NCBI RefSeq assembly: GCF_009914755.1 | Contig: NC_060926.1 | DNA length: 64,000 nucleotides | Source of the DNA: the human T2T-CHM13v2.0 reference genome, Homo sapiens | Direction: 5' to 3' (one strand) | In this document: positions 56,745 to 64,000 of the stretch, in pieces | How the letters are laid out: each line of letters opens with the position of its first letter | How positions within the stretch are numbered: position 1 is the first letter of the stretch | Made by a program: the position numbers and the translations under genes | The notes under the pieces: generated by a model | Databases searched by the model: none | Told to the model about the DNA's origin: nothing | Seen by the model: only the letters and a program-made list of their open reading frames with translations

Positions 56745-59199
56745 AGCTGTCCTTGCCGCTTCTCGAGTCGGGACACCCAGAGCTGGCTGAAGATGGGGGG
56801 GCAGCACCCTTCCTCTCTGTGTTGCCAAGGCCTTGGCATCTGCTCATCAGGCCTTGGAGTGTGACATGGGGCTGGGGCTTCGTGTTTTCACTCTGACAAG
56901 CACAGCCTCTGTGCTCCTAGAGCTGGAAGGACTCCATTGCCCACAGTCGAGTGCTGGCTACACGTGTGTGTCTCTCCTTCCCGACTTCTGCCTGATCTGT
57001 CAGCCCTTCCAGGAAGGCCATGGCAGTGTCATGACTCACAGGGGCAGGAAATACTTGTTCACACACCCATCACTCATCCTCTGTGGATGCCTGACCTGCT
57101 CTTCTTCCATCCTTGGAAGTCAAGGACGTGAGTTTTGGAGTCAGATGGGTTGGGTCCTAACCTGGCTCCTCCACCTACCATTTGCGTGTTTAGACCTTGT
57201 CAGCTATGAAAAAGAACACATTGAGAGAAATGTAGAGTCATGGATTAGGTGGAATGAACCACCCAGGTCAAGAAACAGAACAAAGCCAAGCCCCAGAGGC
57301 AGACTGCGATGACTCCCTAAGCGGATAAAACACAAGGGAGGGTGAGGGAATTGGAGATCTGCCACGCTTTGACAGCGAAGCTGGGTTCCAGCCAGGCCAG
57401 TCCACGGGGCGCTGCTTCATTCTGTCAAATGGGCACTGACCATCCATCACATGGAGCTGGTGGCAATCACTACCCACTTCATCCTTGGGTGAATCACTTA
57501 AAGCAAAAGAAATACAGAACCCCGGAATCTTCCATAGTACTATACCAGGTGGACCCCTTTGGCTAAAGTAGCAGACAGATACATTTTAGATTCTACTCTC
57601 TAGATCACAAGCCTCCTAGTTTCTTGTTTCGGGAGCCCTCGATTTCCATGCCTTTGAAGGATGCTGGCGTTTCATAACAGTCAGACTTCTCGCTTTGTGA
57701 AATCCCGTCCTAATCTCCAGGTCAATAAAGTGACTCATCTTTGGGCTTAACGATCCTTTTGTTTAGGGAGAAAATAGTTTCTACTGAGTGATAATCTATT
57801 TATAAAACGTTGCATCTGATTAGCCACTATTTTATCTTCCAACAATGCTTAGGCTTTCGTGTTTTAAGGAGGAAAATTTAGTGGGGGTGTGGAAGGGGAA
57901 GGATACATTTTTCTTGGCCAACCTCAAAGGTGTCTGCTGGGATTGGTTCATTTTCCGGAATGCCTAATGCTTGGGATTGTGAAACATGCCCTGCCTCCCA
58001 GCAAGCAGGTACCTCACTTGGCCTATTGTGTACGACAAACATCTTCTGCCCTCTTGCCAACCCGAGCATGTCGCAATGAGCTGGGCTGCTGTTGATCCCT
58101 TCCAGCCGAAAGCATTCTGCACCAGAGAAGCTTGGTATTTGCATAGCAATTAGTTTGTATTCCTACAAAAATTTTCATGGATTCAAATTCTTCATAGAAA
58201 GAATGAACCAGAGAGTAAACTGAACCACAGATTAAAGGGCTCATGTCAGGCAATTCTTTGAACAGTTTTTTTTATGGTTTTGAACCATCATTATTTGTAA
58301 TATTCTCTGAAAAGCCAGCAAATAATTGTTTTCCCCCTACTGATTTTGTTCTTCTCCTCTTAGCAAATATTGATTCTTTCCCCCCCTTCAAACTTGGTGC
58401 TGAATGGAACTGAAATTAACAGGGCTGCTTTTGTTTAATACAATGAACAAAAACTTGTGTTTGGAAGGTTCTAGTCCTGCCAAAACATCTGTGCAAGGCC
58501 CAGATGGCAGCGGGCTCTGGAAATAGGGCCTGGGAGTTACATGCTTCTGCCGAGTCAGCAGAGGGAGTGAATACGCTGAATTTTTATAGGTCCTACAAAA
58601 ATAGTAACTTTTGAAAACTTCTTGGCAACAGAGACTTTTTTTTTTTTTTTGGAATGTGCTAAGATTGTGGGGCTTCCCCATTAGATAACTAAGTAGAGAA
58701 AAGCCCAATTTATCATCAGAAAGTCTGTTTGTAAGTACAACTATAACTTTTGTCAGCTTCATTCTCAGCAGGTCCCAAACTGCCAAAACTTTCAGCTTCT
58801 TTGGTAGGGTTGATGCCTGGAACATGTTTGCAAAATGGAAAAAGGCCCCAACAGTTTTTCCTTCAACAAGCAAAGCCTGATGTGCCTGCTGCGTGCCAGG
58901 TACACTGACCAGCAGGGCAAAGTTGGAGGACTCAGGAGGAAGGATGAGTAAAGGAGAGCGTCAACTCATGATCTCCCCTGCAATTCATGGTTAGAGACTG
59001 TTTCAGGCCCTGGAACTAATTTTGTGATTAGTTTGGAGAAGGCGAAGTGTCTTGTCCTGGCTGTGGGGAGACAGTCCTCCCCTTTGCCTTCTCAGAAGGC
59101 AGGTATCTCCCAATTCATCATGGCAGAGATTTTGAACTCCAAATCAATGGGATCTTACTGTTGGCATACTTTTGTACTTTGCTTCTTTTGTCCAAAATT

Positions 59200-61520
59200 A
59201 TATTTGTGAGTTTTATTCAAGTACAGCTGTTACTGGTTCATTTTTATTGCTATACAGTCTTCTAGTGTGTAGAATTCAGTACGATTTGTTTGTCTCTTCT
59301 GTTTTCTGTGGGGATAAGGTTGAAAATTTTATGTGTTTATTGGCCATTTGGATTTTCTTCTTGTTTGAAGTACTTGTTGTAGTTTTTTTGGTCTGTTTTC
59401 TATTTGGTTGTTTGTTGTTTAACATTCGAATTTGCAGGAGTTATTTACATAATTTGAAAGACAGTCACAGTGGGCTGCATGTGTTACAGATATCTTCTCC
59501 TAGATCGTGTCTCCCCACTGGTCATGAGGGATGTTTTTGTGACTTTGGATAACTAATTTTAATGTAGCTAAATGTATCAATCTTTTTCTCTATGGGTAAT
59601 ATCTGTTTGTGTCTGGTTGAAGAATTTTTTTCCATCCAGAGTTTGGGAAGATATTCTCATATTAATATAGTCTAAACAATTTATTTTTTGTCTTTCCAGT
59701 TTAGTCCTGTTTATGGTGACCAGTCTATTTTTGCTTGGGACTTGACTAGTTTTAACACTAAAAGTTCTGGGGATTCCTCAGTCCTGAGCAGGCTGAGACA
59801 GATGGTAACTTTACCTATAATCTAACTGGAATTGATATTTTGGATATGGTGTGAGGTAGGGTGTAATTTCATATTTTTCTTGAATGGATAGTCAATAGGT
59901 CTAGCGTGAATTCTTAAAAATCCCACCCTTTACCTGCCTTAGCATATGATAAAGGTGGCATTTCAGCTATCTGTTTTGGGATCACTATTTGGTCTTATGT
60001 GACTATTTGTCTATCCCTTTTGTATTAACAGAGGTCTTAATACCTAGGAAGGTTAGACCTCCAAGTTATTTTTATTTAAAAATGTCTTGACTCTTCTTGG
60101 ACTTTTGTATTTTATATAATGCTTAAAGTCAGTGTATCAGTTTCTACAAGGGATTTTGATAGGGATTATGTTGAATCCATAAATTGTTTTAGAAAGAATT
60201 GATATGCTTCTAATAGAGAATGCTCCCATCCATGGACATGGTCTCTCTCCATTTATTCAGGGCTTCTTCATAAATTTTATTTCTTTTTCCATAGAGGTTG
60301 TGTACATCTTTAGTTAGATTTATTATTGGCATTTTATGGTTTTGGATGCTTTTGTAGATGATATTTTAAAATGTATAATTTTATAACTGTTTATTATATT
60401 TCTGTATATTGATTTAGTACCTACCCATTTTACTAAACTCTTATTAAATGTTATCTATGAATATTGGCAGTTTTGTTTTCCCTTTCTAATTCTTATATCT
60501 CTTAGTTTTTTCTCTGGTCTCACTGTGCTGGCTGGGGCTTCCAATCCAATTTGAAAGCAAGTGTGAAAGTGTATGTCCTTATCTTGTTCTTTATCTTGAG
60601 TGTATAAATATTTCAATATCTTGCCAATAAGGGTGCTGTTTGCTGTGAAAATTTTGAAATACTCTTTATCAGGTTAAGGGAATTCTGCTGTATTTTTAGT
60701 TTTTAAATAATAAAAATGTTGAATTTTATCAAACACTTTCCCTCACATTTATTGAGATAACAAATGTTTGCTTTTCTTTTATTTGTTGATATGATAATTC
60801 ATTACCAACCTTGCATTCCTGGTATAATTCAACTTGATCATGATGTGTTCTCGTTTGTATATATTGCTATCTTTCCCCTGATAATTGTTTTGTTGTCATT
60901 TTTAAAAAATGTATGTTGCGGGTAAATGAGATTAGCATGTATGTTTTCATTCTCATGATATCATTTTTGGATTGTGCTAGTCAGAATATAATAGCCTCAT
61001 AAAATGAGTTAGAAAGTGTTTCTTCTTTTTCTGTTTTTTGTTTTGTTTTGTTTTGTTGGTTCAGTGGGGCAGGGGAAGAGATTTTGTAATTCTTTCTTTC
61101 CTGAGTATCTGAATTTTCCAGTGAAGCCATCTATACCTGGAAGTTTGTTTGAGGAAAAAAAATGTCACTAATGATTGCATTTATTTAATGATTATAGGCT
61201 GTTTCTTCTTAAGTTTTGAAAAGTTTTTAGGAATTTCCTATTTTATACACATTTTTAGATTCATTTTCACAAATTATTGGATATTTTAAAAAAATTCTCT
61301 TATTACATTTCTCATATATGTAGGATCTGTAGCAATGTCCCCTTTCTCATTTTTGATTATGTGTATGCCTTTTCTGTTTATTCTTGATGAGTCTTGCTAG
61401 GGTATTGACACTAATATTAGTTTTTTTCAAATAACCAATGTGTTTATATGCTTTAGTGAATGTTTATTTTTTACTTTATTAATTTGTGGTCCTATTAATA
61501 TTATTTTTCCTTAATATTTT
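59200..61520 (-). mobile_element. Old L1M body (resumes at about 63300-63950)
   Basis: Long T-rich reverse ORF2 sequence (TATGGTGTGAGGTAGGG; GGGATTTTGATAGGGATT; GCCTCATAAAATGAGTT). Confidence 0.7.
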
Positions 61521-61526
61521 TGTGAT

Positions 61527-63023
61527 TTTTTTTTTTTTTTTTATTGATCATTCTTGGGTGTTTCTCACAGAGGGGGATTTGGCAGGGTCATAGGACAATA
61601 GTGGAGGGAGGGTCAGCAGATAAACAAGTGAACAAAGGTCTCTGGTTTTCCCATGCAGAGGACCCTGCGGCCTTCCGCAGTGTTTGTGTCCCTGGGTACT
61701 TGAGATTAGGGAGTGGTGATGACTCTTAACGAGCATGCTGCCTTCAAGCATCTGTTTAACAAAGCACATCTTGCACCACCCTTAATCCATTTAACCCTGA
61801 GTGGACACAGCACATGTTTCAGAGAGCACAGGTTTGGGGGTAGGGTCACCGATCAACAGGATCACAAGGCAGAAGAATTTTTCTTAGGACAGAACAAAAT
61901 GAAAAGTCTCCCATGTCTACCTCTTTCTACACAGACATGGCAACCATCCGATTTCTCAATCCTTTCCCCCCTTTCTATTCCACAAAACCGCCATTGTCAT
62001 CATGGCCCGTTCTCAATGAGCTGTTGGGTACACCTCCCAGACGGGGTGGTGGCTGGGCAGAGGGGCTCCTCACTTCCCAGTAGGGGTGGCCGGGCAGAGG
62101 CGCCCCTCACCTCCCGGACGGGGCGGTTGGCCTGGCGGGGGCTGACCCCCACCTCCCTCCCGGACGGGGCGGCTGGCCGGGCAGAGACGCTCCTCACTTC
62201 CCAGACGGGGTGGCTGCCAGGCGGAGGGTCTCCTCACTTCTCAGACGGGGCGGCTGGGCAGAGACGCTCCTCACCTCCCAGACGGGGTCGCCGCCGGGCA
62301 GAGACGCTCCTCACCTCCCAGACGGGGTGGCGGGGCAGAGGCGCTCCCCACATCTTAGACGATGGGCGGCCGGGCAGAGACGCTCCTCACTTCCTAGATG
62401 GGACGGCGGCTGGGAAGAGGCACTCCTCACTTCCTAGATGGGATGGCGGCCGGGCAGAGACGCTCCTCACTTTCCAGACTGGGCAGCCAGGCAGAGGGGC
62501 TCCTCACATCCCAGACGATGGGCGGCCAGGCAGAGACGCTCCTCACTTCCCAGACGGGGTGGCGGACCGGCAGAGGCTGCAGTCTCCGCACTTTGGGAGG
62601 CCAAGGCAGGCGGCTGGGAGGTGGAGGTTGTAGCGAGCCGAGATCACGCCACTGCACTCCAGCCTGGGCGCCATTGAGCACTGAGTGAACCAGACTCCGT
62701 CTGCAATCCCGGCACCTCGGGAGGCCGAGGCTGGCGGATCACTCGCGGTTAGGAGCTGGAGACCAGCCCGGCCAACACAGCGAAACCCCGTCTCCACCAA
62801 AAAAATACGAAAACCAGTCAGGCGTGGTGGCGCGCGCCTGCAATGGCAGGCACTCGGCAGGCTGAGGCAGGAGAATCAGGCAGGGAGGCTGCAGTGAGCC
62901 GAGATGGCAGCAGTACAGTCCAGCTTCGGCTTGGCATCAGAGGGAGACCGTGGAAAGAGAGGGAGAGGGAGACCGTGGGGAGAGGGAGAGGGACAGGGAG
63001 AGGGAGAGGGAGAGGGAGAGGGC
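61527..63023 (-). mobile_element. Full-length SVA retrotransposon (SVA_C/D-like), short VNTR
   Basis: (CCCTCT)n hexamers at about 62980-63022, Alu-like region about 62570-62960, VNTR about 62030-62570, SINE-R ending CCCAAGAATGATCAATAAA plus poly(A); TSD GTGATTTTTT at 61522 and 63024. Confidence 0.95.
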
Positions 63024-63027
63024 GTGA

Positions 63028-63294
<267 letters not shown>

Positions 63295-63674
63295 TGATTT
63301 ATTTTAGAACTATATATTTTTTCCAAATGTCCTGAGATGGATTGTTAGCTCATTAATTTTCCCTTTTTTCTAAGATAGACATAAAAGGCTATGTTTTCCT
63401 ATAAATGCAGCATTACATGCATCTCACAAGTTTTGATACATAGTATTTGTTATTGTTCAGTACAAATATTTTCTGATTTTTCTTGTGATGCTTCAAACAC
63501 ATGGGTTATTCTGAACCATATTAATTTCCAAACATGGAGATTTCTAGTTATTTGTTGTTATTAGCTTGTAGCTTAATCTTATTGTGAGAGAACTTGCTTC
63601 TGTAGTTCAGCACATTTTTTTTTGGCATAACATATACTCAACTGTTTAGTATATTTTCTATGTATGTATAAGGA

Positions 63675-63712
63675 GACACACACACATAGAGAGAGAGAGA
63701 GAGAGAGAGAGT
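63675..63712. repeat. Compound (CA)n(GA)n microsatellite
   Basis: ACACACACACATAGAGAGAGAG... seen directly. Confidence 0.9.
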
Positions 63713-64000
63713 GTGTATTCTGCAGTTGATGGGTAACAGTGTTCCATAAGTTTGTTAATTGTGTTGTATAAATCTATATCCTTACTTAGCATTGACCAGC
63801 TTTATATGTGTATTACAAAAAGAAGTGTGTTGAAATCTCCTATTACGAGTATGTATTTATCAACTTCTGAGGTTCTATCGAAATTTCCTTTGTATGTTTC
63901 AGTGCTGTTATGAGGTGCATACAAATGTATTGTCACACATTTTATTTCCATCTTTTTGAACCCCTCCATACATTGTTGCAACCATTTAGTCAGTTTGTTT

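Noticed and set aside
61713-62633. 306-aa plus-strand ORF
   Set aside because: Antisense reading of the SVA SINE-R and VNTR, a common artefactual ORF.

Overview
Hominid (almost certainly human) genomic DNA with no credible protein-coding exon. I recognise from memory, not from a database search, the 5' end of HDAC4 (2q37.3) on the minus strand. It has a ~2.2 kb CpG island (12640-14830) carrying non-coding exon 1 with two alternative splice donors (13276 and 12961), a CCAAT/GC-box promoter and a probable divergent lncRNA (HDAC4-AS1). Positions 1-12960 are intron 1; the rest is upstream intergenic DNA rich in Alu, L1, L2, LTR (LTR12F, THE1, MLT1, MER34), DNA-transposon fossils and one full-length SVA. 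The most notable structures are: a 49-bp minisatellite with six perfect GTTACC-N4-GGTAAC palindromes; an antisense LTR12F solo LTR in HDAC4 intron 1; alternative exon 1 donors that switch a predicted RNA G-quadruplex in or out downstream of a uORF; a twin-primed inverted L1; and three nested insertion stacks. I see no evidence for a wholly new biological system. Repeat subfamily calls are by eye and all regulatory ideas are hypotheses.
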